From Alphaproteobacteria bacterium (GTDB lineage Bacteria; Pseudomonadota; Alphaproteobacteria; Rs-D84), in contig SUUL01000002.1 in the NCBI GenBank assembly GCA_015062545.1, positions 19,175 to 83,174 on the forward strand: 64,000 bases of DNA, read 5' to 3'. The notes beneath the pieces were generated by a model, which was given only the letters and a program-made list of their open reading frames with translations, did not search any database and was not told where the DNA came from. Shown one piece after another: positions 7,656 through 16,734 of the stretch (its first letter is position 1; every line of letters begins with the position of its first letter). The translations under genes and the position numbers were made by a program.

Positions 7656-9062
7656 TTACTTCTTGTAATATCTTTGCACTTCGTTCATTACAAAGTTAAA
7701 CAACTTGCCCGCCTGAGTGGTCGCAGGCATCGCCCAGTCACGCTGCATATATGGCATCGCAGCAACCAGAACAAAGCGTGCCATAAAATGGAAAATTCGC
7801 GCCTCTTGATGCTTGGACAATTTCGCAGGCGAATTTGATACACGAAATACTTCGTTTTCAATCGCATCGTCCAACTTCTCATTTATATTATCCAATATTT
7901 TTTGCGGATAATACAATGTGCATTCCTTGGGAAAGCCTTCAAATATGGAAATGTTGTTGTTACGTGTGTATAAAATATTCCAACCAACACGTTCAAATAA
8001 GTCTTCCAAGCAATTACATATCATGCGATTGTATGATTTTACACCATCTTCCATGAATGTGGCAAGGCGCGCCTCGATACTGTCAGATTTGGCGTTCTTC
8101 TTTTTACGCGCAGCCTCGTATGCGACATGGGTTTGACGTTCAAACTCAAAAAACGTACGTACCTGACAGATGATTTCCATCGGAATTACATGGTCCGCAC
8201 TGGGGCCAATGTTCAAGATTATCTTGGCATCACGATAGTTACGCGGATTTTGCATGTTGTAAAAACAATCGCGTACAGATAAAATTCTGTCGGGCATCAT
8301 TTCACGCAAGCGTTCAATAAATAAACGCGCCTGAGGTATCAAGTCAAATAAACACTTAACACGCCATACGTCTTGTAATCTGAAATGTGGCGCAGGTATC
8401 TTGTCAATCGCACGAACCAAATCAACCGCAATCTTTTCATGACCGCGACCAATTATCGCCAAGACCGCTTCGGATGCCGCGCTGATGTATTTTTCGTGAA
8501 ACTTTTCATGAATCTTGTCAGAAATCGCCTGGGCAGATGCATCGCGATCATGCGCAACCAAAACTTTGTAAGCGGCATGCGCAACATCGTTAACGTAATC
8601 ATCGTAATATTTGCCCGTCATCTTGTCCAGGGCACGGTCTATCTTCTTTTGCGCGCCAACAATAACGGTTACAATAGATGATACAGACAAATCAATTTTA
8701 TGCCCAGCAGAACTGGTAAAAAACTGATTACGCATTGGGTCTGCATCCAGACGATGATTTACAACGTATGGTGATAATGGGTTAATGTCCGCAATACGTA
8801 TTGGTTCATCAATCGCGCTGTCTGTGGCATAATCGTACTTCATAACCGCAGCCTTGGGCGCACCAAAGCATTTGCCCAAAACATAAAATACTTCGCGCAG
8901 CCATGACATACTGTCTGAATACAGTATCTTGAGGTATTCGCCCGCTTCGTCATTAATACGCCCAGATTCAATCGCACGATCAATCGCCGCCAGATTCTTT
9001 CTGTCGTTTTCTGTTGTGATATCCTGGGCCCAGGTATCAGAGCCTATGTGTGACATATCCAT
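7656..9062 (-). CDS. Hypothetical protein with a RelA/SpoT-like nucleotidyltransferase-fold core
   Basis: 468 aa, RBS AGGGGGGA, start 10 nt after the lysS stop. aa 228-320 carry WRVK...SVRD...NYRDAKIILN...MEIICQVRT...THVAYE in the order of RSH synthetase motifs. Confidence 0.7.
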   Translation of the reverse strand: MDMSHIGSDTWAQDITTENDRKNLAAIDRAIESGRINDEAGEYLKILYSDSMSWLREVFYVLGKCFGAPKAAVMKYDYATDSAIDEPIRIADINPLSPYVVNHRLDADPMRNQFFTSSAGHKIDLSVSSIVTVIVGAQKKIDRALDKMTGKYYDDYVNDVAHAAYKVLVAHDRDASAQAISDKIHEKFHEKYISAASEAVLAIIGRGHEKIAVDLVRAIDKIPAPHFRLQDVWRVKCLFDLIPQARLFIERLREMMPDRILSVRDCFYNMQNPRNYRDAKIILNIGPSADHVIPMEIICQVRTFFEFERQTHVAYEAARKKKNAKSDSIEARLATFMEDGVKSYNRMICNCLEDLFERVGWNILYTRNNNISIFEGFPKECTLYYPQKILDNINEKLDDAIENEVFRVSNSPAKLSKHQEARIFHFMARFVLVAAMPYMQRDWAMPATTQAGKLFNFVMNEVQRYYKK

Positions 9063-9072
9063 CCCCCCTGCA

Positions 9073-10548
9073 CTACTTCATCATCGGAAACAGCACGATG
9101 TCACGCGCAGTCGGCTGATCAAAGATTATGCATGCCAATCTGTCAACACCCATGCCCACACCGGAAATTGGTGGAAAACCATGTTCCATAGAACGAACAA
9201 AGTCGTTGTCCGGATTAAAGGCTTCGTCATCACCGTTGGCAATATTGCGCGCCTGTTCTTCAAACGCAGACAACTGCTGAATCGGGTTCACAAGTTCTGA
9301 ATACCCCTTGCAAATTTCTGCGCCACAAACCAATAACTGATACATATCAATACGGCGTTCGTCCGCATCGCTGCGGCGTGCCAATGGAACCATGTATGCC
9401 GGATAATTGTACAAGAATGTTGGGTTTACAATATTACCGCGGATTTTGCGCTTGTAAACATAGTCAACCAATGCAGGGATAGATTTCAGATCTTCTAATT
9501 CCGCATAAGGGAACATGCCATTATCAACCAGTTTCTGACGCAACGTATCAACATCATCAAAATCCAAGATGTCACAGCCAAAGAATTCATTCATCTTGGC
9601 GGTGTAGTCAATCATTTCGTATTTGCTGAAATCCAATGATGTGCCTTGGTATTCAATCTGTAATGTGCCACGACATTTCATCAATAATTCTTGAATCAGA
9701 TTCCATGTAAAATCAATATTCTGCTTGTAATCCCAATATGCCGCATACCATTCAACCATTGTAAATTCTTGCAAGTGGGTGGCATCCATGCCTTCGTTAC
9801 GGAAGTCTTTGGCAACTTCGTAAACACGGTCAAAACCGGCACCGATTGCCTGCTTTAAGAATAATTCTGGGGAAATGCGCAACTGAAAATCTGCATCCAA
9901 TGCATTGTGATGTGTTGTAAATGGACGCGCAGCAGCACCAGATGCAATATTTTGCAAAATCGGTGTTTCAATTTCCAAGAAACCGTTACGGTTCATATAA
10001 TCACGCCAATACTGCGTCATCTTGAAACGCCCCAGTAATGCGTTGCGGGCTTCTGGATTAGAAATGATGTCCAAATAACGCTGACGATAACGCGTTTCCA
10101 TATCTGTCAGGCCATGATACTTTTCCGGTAATGGACGCAAGGCCTTGGACAAGATTTCATAATTCGCAACCTTGACCGTCAATTCGCCCGCAGTTGTGTG
10201 ATACAGTTCACCAGTGATGCCAATAAAGTCACCCAAGTCAACGTTGGCCTTCATAAATTTGTAATTTTCTTCGCCCAATTCTTCGCGGGACATAGAAAAC
10301 TGAATTTCGCCATTGATATCATAAATACGGCCAAACATTAATTTGCCCAGCCAACGTAATGCCGTTACACGACCTGCCAATTTAACAGGTGTACCATCCG
10401 CCAATGCGCGGGCATCTTCAATGGTGTGTGAGCGATCAAATTTATCTTTCCAAACAACGCCATCGCGCGCTTTGATGTTTTCTGCCTTTTGCAGACGCGC
10501 AGTCAATTCATTGGTTGAAATTGGTGTGTTGTTTGTATTTTCTGACAT
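9073..10548 (-). CDS. lysS: Lysine--tRNA ligase (class II)
   Basis: 491 aa. OB-fold N-domain (VKLAGRVTALRWLGKLMFGRIYD) and class II core (FLEIETPILQ, GMGVDRL). Confidence 0.95.
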   Translation of the reverse strand: MSENTNNTPISTNELTARLQKAENIKARDGVVWKDKFDRSHTIEDARALADGTPVKLAGRVTALRWLGKLMFGRIYDINGEIQFSMSREELGEENYKFMKANVDLGDFIGITGELYHTTAGELTVKVANYEILSKALRPLPEKYHGLTDMETRYRQRYLDIISNPEARNALLGRFKMTQYWRDYMNRNGFLEIETPILQNIASGAAARPFTTHHNALDADFQLRISPELFLKQAIGAGFDRVYEVAKDFRNEGMDATHLQEFTMVEWYAAYWDYKQNIDFTWNLIQELLMKCRGTLQIEYQGTSLDFSKYEMIDYTAKMNEFFGCDILDFDDVDTLRQKLVDNGMFPYAELEDLKSIPALVDYVYKRKIRGNIVNPTFLYNYPAYMVPLARRSDADERRIDMYQLLVCGAEICKGYSELVNPIQQLSAFEEQARNIANGDDEAFNPDNDFVRSMEHGFPPISGVGMGVDRLACIIFDQPTARDIVLFPMMK

Positions 10549-10684
10549 TTTATTTGGCCTTTTTGTTAATAAAAAAACGGACGTACCAAAAGTGCGCCCG
10601 CAGTTGTTATTCTGTTGGTCGCACGTGTTAATTAAAACGTTTAATAAACAATTTCATTATTTTATGCATCCATTATTCTTTTTT

Positions 10685-10709
10685 GATAAAACCGCCCTGA
10701 GGCGGTTTT
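10685..10709 (-). terminator. Terminator after tRNA-Gly
   Basis: AAACCGCC-CTGA-GGCGGTTT with a T-run on the minus strand. Confidence 0.65.
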
Positions 10710-10718
10710 ATCGAATTT

Positions 10719-10795
10719 TGGTGCGAGCAAAGGGGCTCGAACCCTCGACCTCAACCTTGGCAAGGTTGCGCTCTAGCCAACTGAGCTACGCTCGC
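10719..10795 (-). tRNA. tRNA-Gly (anticodon GCC)
   Basis: Reverse complement GCGAGCGTAGCTCAGTTGGCTAGAGCGCAACCTTGCCAAGGTTGAGGTCGAGGGTTCGAGCCCCTTTGCTCGCACCA. Anticodon loop TTGCCAA. Confidence 0.9.
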
Positions 10796-10855
10796 ATTGC
10801 GTGGTATATATTGACATATCTTTTTTATAATTGCAAGCGTTTTTTGCAAAAAATA

Positions 10856-10876
10856 TAAAAAGCCCGCAAACGCGGG
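10856..10876 (-). terminator. Terminator after the 76-aa ORF
   Basis: CCCGC-AAAC-GCGGG with a U5 run on the minus strand. Confidence 0.5.
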
Positions 10877-10880
10877 ACTT

Positions 10881-11111
10881 TTACTTTTGTTTTTGTGGCG
10901 CGTAATAGCGCAAAGAATCTAAAGAATACTGCTGTTTGGCAACTTCTAGTTGTTGCCGGCGTAAATCATTTGATTTTTCTATTTCGCGCCTGCCGGCCGC
11001 AATATTAATCGCCATAGATACCAATGACAGCGCAACAAAAAATTTGAATAAATCACTGTTTGTATCTACTTTGATTTTATTACTTACATTAACTGCTTTG
11101 TAATCTGACAT
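10881..11111 (-). CDS. Small membrane-anchored protein with QKQK C-terminal tail
   Basis: 76 aa, RBS GGGGGTGA, one hydrophobic span (LFKFFVALSLVSMAINIAA). Its last 20 nt are nearly identical to the last 20 nt of ORF 16299..16727. Confidence 0.6.
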   Translation of the reverse strand: MSDYKAVNVSNKIKVDTNSDLFKFFVALSLVSMAINIAAGRREIEKSNDLRRQQLEVAKQQYSLDSLRYYAPQKQK

Positions 11112-11128
11112 ATCTTATCACCCCCATA

Positions 11129-12118
11129 TTAAAACCATTTCCAAGGCTGAAACACTTTCAACAAGCCCATAGCGGTACGTTTGTCCGCATAGGTATGACC
11201 GCAACGTGGACATACGTTAAACGGTTTGATAATTGATTTGACCTTTTTAGACACCATTAACCACAAATATATACCAATCGCCCAGGCAGCCACCACCAGA
11301 CCCCATGCCACATAATCAAAGTATGAATCAACTGTGCGCGTGATAACCGTTATTGTTGTTACGTCTGATTTTGACAAGTCATTATAAATCTTGGTCGCAA
11401 CAGGCCAAGATGACGGACACCATGGATAGACATGTTCAATGCCGTAATTGGTCAATAACGTTGTTCCCAAGCCACCAGATTGCTTGTCCAGCGCAGATTT
11501 AATCGCAGAATCCAGCATTGTGTCAAATTCCGTTTGCGCAACACGTGTCAGATCTGATTTTATCTTGTCCAGTTGCGCGTTTACTTTGGCGGCGGTATTA
11601 TCAACCGATGCGATTGCAGAATTTGTTTTTTCAATACCACGGTCCAGTTCGGCGACTGCCTTGTCAACACCGTCTGTTTTTGCACCAAACATTTTGGCAA
11701 AACCGGTTAACTTTTTCACACCAGATGTTGTTTCGGATGCTTTGGCGGTTTCTGCGCGTGCCTTGGCGGTTGTGTCTGTTACCTTGTCAACTGCGTTTTC
11801 TGCCATCTTTACCTTGTCAATGGCAACAGAGATTGGCTTTTCCAAGTTAATTGATTTTGCAACACCATCCAGTAATGCTTCGTATTGCTTTACTATGCCC
11901 TTTTGCAGGTCAAAGAACATGGACACAACGATTGATTTCTTAATCGGCCCCGAATAAGTATTTTTTACATGCAATGGTGCCCATATCAGCAATGCAAACC
12001 ATATAACCGTTATAATGGAAAATGTGGTTTTAATGCCGCGTACAAATGACTTCTTCTTTGCGACTGTTTTTGCGCCACCCATATCAATAACTTCAATCTG
12101 TTTTTTCTGTTTCGCCAT
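11129..12118 (-). CDS. Membrane protein with Ala/Lys-rich coiled-coil region and C-terminal CPRCGH zinc-ribbon-like motif
   Basis: 329 aa. N-terminal TM span, long helical K/A/D-rich middle, second TM span, CPRCGHTYADKRT near the end. Confidence 0.6.
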   Translation of the reverse strand: MAKQKKQIEVIDMGGAKTVAKKKSFVRGIKTTFSIITVIWFALLIWAPLHVKNTYSGPIKKSIVVSMFFDLQKGIVKQYEALLDGVAKSINLEKPISVAIDKVKMAENAVDKVTDTTAKARAETAKASETTSGVKKLTGFAKMFGAKTDGVDKAVAELDRGIEKTNSAIASVDNTAAKVNAQLDKIKSDLTRVAQTEFDTMLDSAIKSALDKQSGGLGTTLLTNYGIEHVYPWCPSSWPVATKIYNDLSKSDVTTITVITRTVDSYFDYVAWGLVVAAWAIGIYLWLMVSKKVKSIIKPFNVCPRCGHTYADKRTAMGLLKVFQPWKWF

Positions 12119-12135
12119 CCTTTTCCCCTTGTGTT

Positions 12136-12477
12136 TTATTTCTGCTTATGCGCCGCGTGAAACTGGGCAATTAATTCTTTGTTAAATTCTGCCATACCAT
12201 CATATATTTTGCTGTGCGTTTGCGCCTGTTGTATTTGTTGTAATGTTGCATAATATACCTTGGCATCGCTTGATTTCTTGAAAGTTAACATTTCTGATTC
12301 AGCTCTGGCATTATATACACCATCCAGTTCGCGCCCGCGACAAAACAATGTATGGATAAACGCCAAGAGTTCCGACTGATTAAATGCAATCGCCAGATAC
12401 ATCTTGTCATTTGCAGACAGGGTTAAATCTGGACCACCTTTAATCTTTTTATTTGTCTTCGTTTTGTCCGTCATCAT
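12136..12477 (-). CDS. Hypothetical protein (ends HKQK)
   Basis: ORF 12136..12555 trimmed to the MMTDKT start; overlaps the tgt stop by about 29 nt. Confidence 0.5.
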   Translation of the reverse strand: MMTDKTKTNKKIKGGPDLTLSANDKMYLAIAFNQSELLAFIHTLFCRGRELDGVYNARAESEMLTFKKSSDAKVYYATLQQIQQAQTHSKIYDGMAEFNKELIAQFHAAHKQK

Positions 12478-13585
12478 TACCCCCTGTATAGTTTTTAATA
12501 AATTCTGATTTGAATTCGTGGAATCTGCCCTGCTCGATTGATTCACGAATGCCACGCATTAAATCCTGATAGAACCACAGGTTGTGTTGTGTCAATAATG
12601 TTGCGCCCAAGATTTCATTACACTTAATCAAGTGATGGATATATGCGCGCGACCGTTGGCACGCGGGACATTTACATTTGTCATCCAATGGGCGTGGGTC
12701 GTCCCTGAATTTAGCGTTGCGCATATTCATTGTGCCGTGTCTGGTAAATGCCTGGGCGGTACGACCGGCACGTGTTGGCATTACACAGTCAAACATATCA
12801 ATACCACGTTCAACCGCACCCAATATATCCAATGGTGTACCGACCCCCATCAGATAACGTGGCTTGTCCGCAGGCAATAATGGTGTTGTGGTCGCAATCA
12901 TGTCAAACATTACATTTTGGGGTTCGCCAACCGCCAGACCACCGACCGCATATCCATCAAAACCTATTTCCGTCAGGGCGCGCGCAGATTTTTCACGCAA
13001 ATCCGGAAAATCCGCCCCCTGAACAATACCAAAAATACCATAGCCCGGTCTGTCAATAAAGGCATCTTTGCTGCGGCGCGCCCAACGCGTAACCATATCT
13101 ACGTTCTTTTCAACACGTGCGCGTTCCGCAGGTAATTTCAGACATTCATCCAAAACCATTGTAATATTGGAATCAAGTTGATGTTGAATATGAACAGAAT
13201 CTTCGGGGCGCAAGAAATGTTTTTTCCCACCGTCAAAGTGGGATGTAAACTGAACGCCTTCTTCACTCATTTTCGTCAGGGTTGACAGGGACATCACCTG
13301 GAAACCACCGCTGTCGGTTAAAATCGGGCCATGCCAGCCACCAAACTTGTGCAGACCGCCCATTTGTTCAACCAAATCACCCCCCGGGCGCATCATCAAA
13401 TGATATGTGTTGCCCAAGATTACTTCGGTCCCGGTTGCGGCGACCTGATCCATGGTCAATGCCTTGACCGTGGCCGCAGTTCCAACCGCCATAAATGCAG
13501 GTGTTTGAAATGTCCCATGCGCCGTTTCAACCGCGCCACGGCGCGCATTACCATCTGTTGCAATCAAATTGAATTTCAGTGCCAT
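12449..13585 (-). CDS. tgt: tRNA-guanine transglycosylase (queuine tRNA-ribosyltransferase)
   Basis: 378 aa. TPAFMAVGT, LGNTYHL, DSGGFQ, and zinc site CKCPAC...H. Confidence 0.95.
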   Translation of the reverse strand: MALKFNLIATDGNARRGAVETAHGTFQTPAFMAVGTAATVKALTMDQVAATGTEVILGNTYHLMMRPGGDLVEQMGGLHKFGGWHGPILTDSGGFQVMSLSTLTKMSEEGVQFTSHFDGGKKHFLRPEDSVHIQHQLDSNITMVLDECLKLPAERARVEKNVDMVTRWARRSKDAFIDRPGYGIFGIVQGADFPDLREKSARALTEIGFDGYAVGGLAVGEPQNVMFDMIATTTPLLPADKPRYLMGVGTPLDILGAVERGIDMFDCVMPTRAGRTAQAFTRHGTMNMRNAKFRDDPRPLDDKCKCPACQRSRAYIHHLIKCNEILGATLLTQHNLWFYQDLMRGIRESIEQGRFHEFKSEFIKNYTGGNDDGQNEDK

Positions 13586-13596
13586 TTATGCCCATC

Positions 13597-14874
13597 CTAT
13601 GCCTTGAAATTTTCATTCCATATTTGTTTCAAATCTGCATCAAAATCTGCCCCTTGGGTTACAATGGCCATCGGACCATCAAAGTAACCGCGCGAATATT
13701 TTATTACATCGTCAACAGTTATGCGATTAAACATATCCAGTGTGTCATAAAAATCATATAAACAACCATGATGATGATAAAAACCCAACAGTTTATCACA
13801 ACGAGCTGTCGCAGATTCTAACCAATCCGCATCCCCCAATTTATCCTTGCGATTGTATCTGTCCAGAACATCAGGTGTAATTTCCGGAGAATTGTAAATC
13901 CGAAATGCATTTTGAGCAATCAAAGATACAACACGCGATATATTTGTCGCAGACGTTTCTGTACCAAAGCCATTCCACGAACGTTCATTATTGCCAACAA
14001 CAATACCACCAAAACCGTAAACCAAACCATTATCTTGACGTAAAACATTTGATATTTCTTTTGTCATAAAACGTTCAAAACGTCCCAACGCACAGTTCTT
14101 GGCACGATTTTCGTATGTATGTGGCCAAATATTTGGAAATAAAATACGCAGTTTTACGTTATTCTTGTCGGACTTGGTATTATGTGCAACACATGGTGTG
14201 TATGGTATATCTGTGTTTTCAGACACATCGTGTGTCGGTAAAAATGAAAATGATTTTTCCAACTGTTTTAACAGTGCATCTGTGTCCAGTATGCGACCAG
14301 AAATACCAATCGTACAATTTTTAGCAGACAAACGCCGCGATAAAAATTCCAACATCTGGTCACGTGTAAATGACATAATTGTATCTATTGTACCTAAATT
14401 TAATGTTGATGATACGGCATTACCAAATACTTTTTCCGACATAAAATCATTAAACTGACGCGATGGATTATCCAATGCACGGCGCAATTCGTCACATACG
14501 ACACTGCGTTCAATTTCTATCTTGGCCGGGTCAAACAACGAGTTCTGTAGTTGGTCACCAATAAAATCAACCAAAATATTTATATTTTCTGCCAGAATAC
14601 GACCGTAAAAGTTTAATGAACCAGAACCTGTGGATGCATTGCGAAAGCCACCATAATAATCCATATAATCATCAATAGAACGCTTGTTTGGAAAACGTGG
14701 GGTACCTTTGCACAGCATGTGTTCGCAAAAATGTGTTAATCCGTATTCATGTGGTAATTCATCACGTGAACCTGTGGCAAAAGCAACCTTGACAGATACC
14801 GTTTCCAATTCCATCGGATCCAAGATAACAGTTACACCATTAGATAATTTGTGCAACGTTGGATTATATTGCAT
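13597..14874 (-). CDS. M16 (pitrilysin/insulinase) family zinc peptidase
   Basis: HFCEHMLCKG inverted zinc motif HxxEH. Start trimmed to MQYNPTLHKLSNGVTV. Confidence 0.85.
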   Translation of the reverse strand: MQYNPTLHKLSNGVTVILDPMELETVSVKVAFATGSRDELPHEYGLTHFCEHMLCKGTPRFPNKRSIDDYMDYYGGFRNASTGSGSLNFYGRILAENINILVDFIGDQLQNSLFDPAKIEIERSVVCDELRRALDNPSRQFNDFMSEKVFGNAVSSTLNLGTIDTIMSFTRDQMLEFLSRRLSAKNCTIGISGRILDTDALLKQLEKSFSFLPTHDVSENTDIPYTPCVAHNTKSDKNNVKLRILFPNIWPHTYENRAKNCALGRFERFMTKEISNVLRQDNGLVYGFGGIVVGNNERSWNGFGTETSATNISRVVSLIAQNAFRIYNSPEITPDVLDRYNRKDKLGDADWLESATARCDKLLGFYHHHGCLYDFYDTLDMFNRITVDDVIKYSRGYFDGPMAIVTQGADFDADLKQIWNENFKA

Positions 14875-15904
14875 TATTCCCCCCTTGCTTGAACAGTAAA
14901 CAACAGTCACCATAACTGAAAAAACGATATTTTTCAGCAACCGCATGCGAATACGCAGCCTTCATTTCTGGCAGCCCAGCAAATGCAGACACCAACATAA
15001 ACAATGTGGATTTTGGCAGATGAAAGTTGGTCAACAATACATCAACCGCACGAAATTCATACCCGGGTGTAATAAATATATTGGTTGTACGACAAAATGG
15101 CGCAACACGGCGATATTTTTCAGGATTTTTGTTGTATTGCGCCGCGCTTTCTAACAGTCGCATTGACGTTGTGCCAACCGCAATTACGCGCGTGGCATTA
15201 TTTATAATTTCTGCCTGGGATTCTGTGATGCGACCCCATTCGCTGTGCATTTTATGTTCAGACAGATTTTCAGTTTTTACCGGCATCCAAGTTCCTGCAC
15301 CAACATGCAACGTAATGTTCACAATTTTCGCACCACGCGCACGTATGGCATCCAATAATTCTGTGGTAAAGTGCAATCCTGCCGTTGGTGCCGCCATTGA
15401 CCCCAGGGGCTGGGCATAGACGGTTTGATACCTGTCGCGGTCGGACAATTCTTCATCGCGTTTCATGTATGGTGGCAACGGCATTTTTCCAACCTTGTCC
15501 AAAACAGCCATTGGGTCATCACACAGGAATTTAATTTTCAGACCACTGTCCGGATGTTGGGAAACGATTTTTATTTCTGTGCCATCAGACAATTTCAAAA
15601 TACGACCTGGTTTTAGTTTTGGAAAATTCTTGCATAATCCCCACCAACAACCGTCTTTGGTGGATGTGTGCAGTGTAATTTCATGTTTACCATCGGCAAT
15701 AAAACGCGCAGGAATTACACGCGAATTATTAAACACAACAACATCACCTGGGCGCAAATACGCAACAAAGTCACGTATATGTTTGTCTTGGATTTCTGGG
15801 CCATCATTTACCACCAACATACGTGATGCGTCACGATTTTCCAATGGGCGTGACGCGATTAGTTCACTTGGTAATTCAAAATCAAAATCAGATAGTGTAT
15901 ACAT
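14864..15904 (-). CDS. queA: S-adenosylmethionine:tRNA ribosyltransferase-isomerase
   Basis: 346 aa. FDFELPSELIASRP, GKMPLPPYM, TAGLHFT. Confidence 0.95.
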   Translation of the reverse strand: MYTLSDFDFELPSELIASRPLENRDASRMLVVNDGPEIQDKHIRDFVAYLRPGDVVVFNNSRVIPARFIADGKHEITLHTSTKDGCWWGLCKNFPKLKPGRILKLSDGTEIKIVSQHPDSGLKIKFLCDDPMAVLDKVGKMPLPPYMKRDEELSDRDRYQTVYAQPLGSMAAPTAGLHFTTELLDAIRARGAKIVNITLHVGAGTWMPVKTENLSEHKMHSEWGRITESQAEIINNATRVIAVGTTSMRLLESAAQYNKNPEKYRRVAPFCRTTNIFITPGYEFRAVDVLLTNFHLPKSTLFMLVSAFAGLPEMKAAYSHAVAEKYRFFSYGDCCLLFKQGGNNAI

Positions 15905-15907
15905 TAT

Positions 15908-16294
15908 TTATCTTTGCTTTTCCTGACCCCATCTTTTGCGCAATAAATTTATTTGGTGCCGCTGTTGCAACTTTTCAAGCGTGCAACCATTTATGTCAAC
16001 TATATAACTGTTACCCCACCTTGGTGTCACAGACAAATTAACATTATTTTTCTTTTTTGTTTTGTATCGTATTGTATCACCAATTGACACATAGTCGCAG
16101 AAATGCTTATCCTTTATTGACATTTGTCTATCTGCCAGACCATCCCCGTCAATGTCCAAGATAAATGCAGTTGCATTTCTATTTACCCGCATGTCAATAA
16201 TCCTACCCTGAAGTGTTACAAGTTCTTTATGTGTACACCCAGCCAATATTCCTGCACCGGACAATGTCAAAAATACTTTTTTATACAGTTTCAT
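15908..16294 (-). CDS. Small lipoprotein with DIDGDGLAD calcium-site-like motif, tandem paralogue 1
   Basis: Start trimmed to MKLYKKVFLTLSGAGILAGC (lipobox). Ends QEKQR. Confidence 0.7.
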   Translation of the reverse strand: MKLYKKVFLTLSGAGILAGCTHKELVTLQGRIIDMRVNRNATAFILDIDGDGLADRQMSIKDKHFCDYVSIGDTIRYKTKKKNNVNLSVTPRWGNSYIVDINGCTLEKLQQRHQINLLRKRWGQEKQR

Positions 16295-16298
16295 TTCT

Positions 16299-16727
16299 TT
16301 ACCTTTGTTTTTGTGGCGTGACAGACTGACGCAATTCATCAATTTGCATTTGTCGTTCAAACGCATCCAACAGTTGGTCTGTAGGTTTATCATTTATAGA
16401 ATCTGGATGCCCGCGATGGTAAAACACATTTTGATAAACATCGTGCGGATTTTCCGTATAGAATTTAATCGTATCACCGATATGCAAAGCATGTCTTAAC
16501 AAACGCCTTTGGTTGTATCGATATGCATAATCAACATGCGCATCAATCAGGCCATCACCATCCGTATCACACAGATATGCCGCAGAACGATTATGATCGC
16601 GTTGAATAATAACTGCACTAACGCGATACAGCTTTACGGGTGGCGGCGGTGTTCTTTTCGTTTTGCACCCCCCCAGCAATATTCCCGCGCCGGACAATGT
16701 CAAAAATACTTTTTTATACAGTTTCAT
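16299..16727 (-). CDS. Small lipoprotein with DTDGDGLID motif, tandem paralogue 2
   Basis: MKLYKKVFLTLSGAGILLGGC. First ~45 nt nearly identical to paralogue 1. Ends PQKQR. Confidence 0.7.
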   Translation of the reverse strand: MKLYKKVFLTLSGAGILLGGCKTKRTPPPPVKLYRVSAVIIQRDHNRSAAYLCDTDGDGLIDAHVDYAYRYNQRRLLRHALHIGDTIKFYTENPHDVYQNVFYHRGHPDSINDKPTDQLLDAFERQMQIDELRQSVTPQKQR

Positions 16728-16734
16728 TTTTTAT

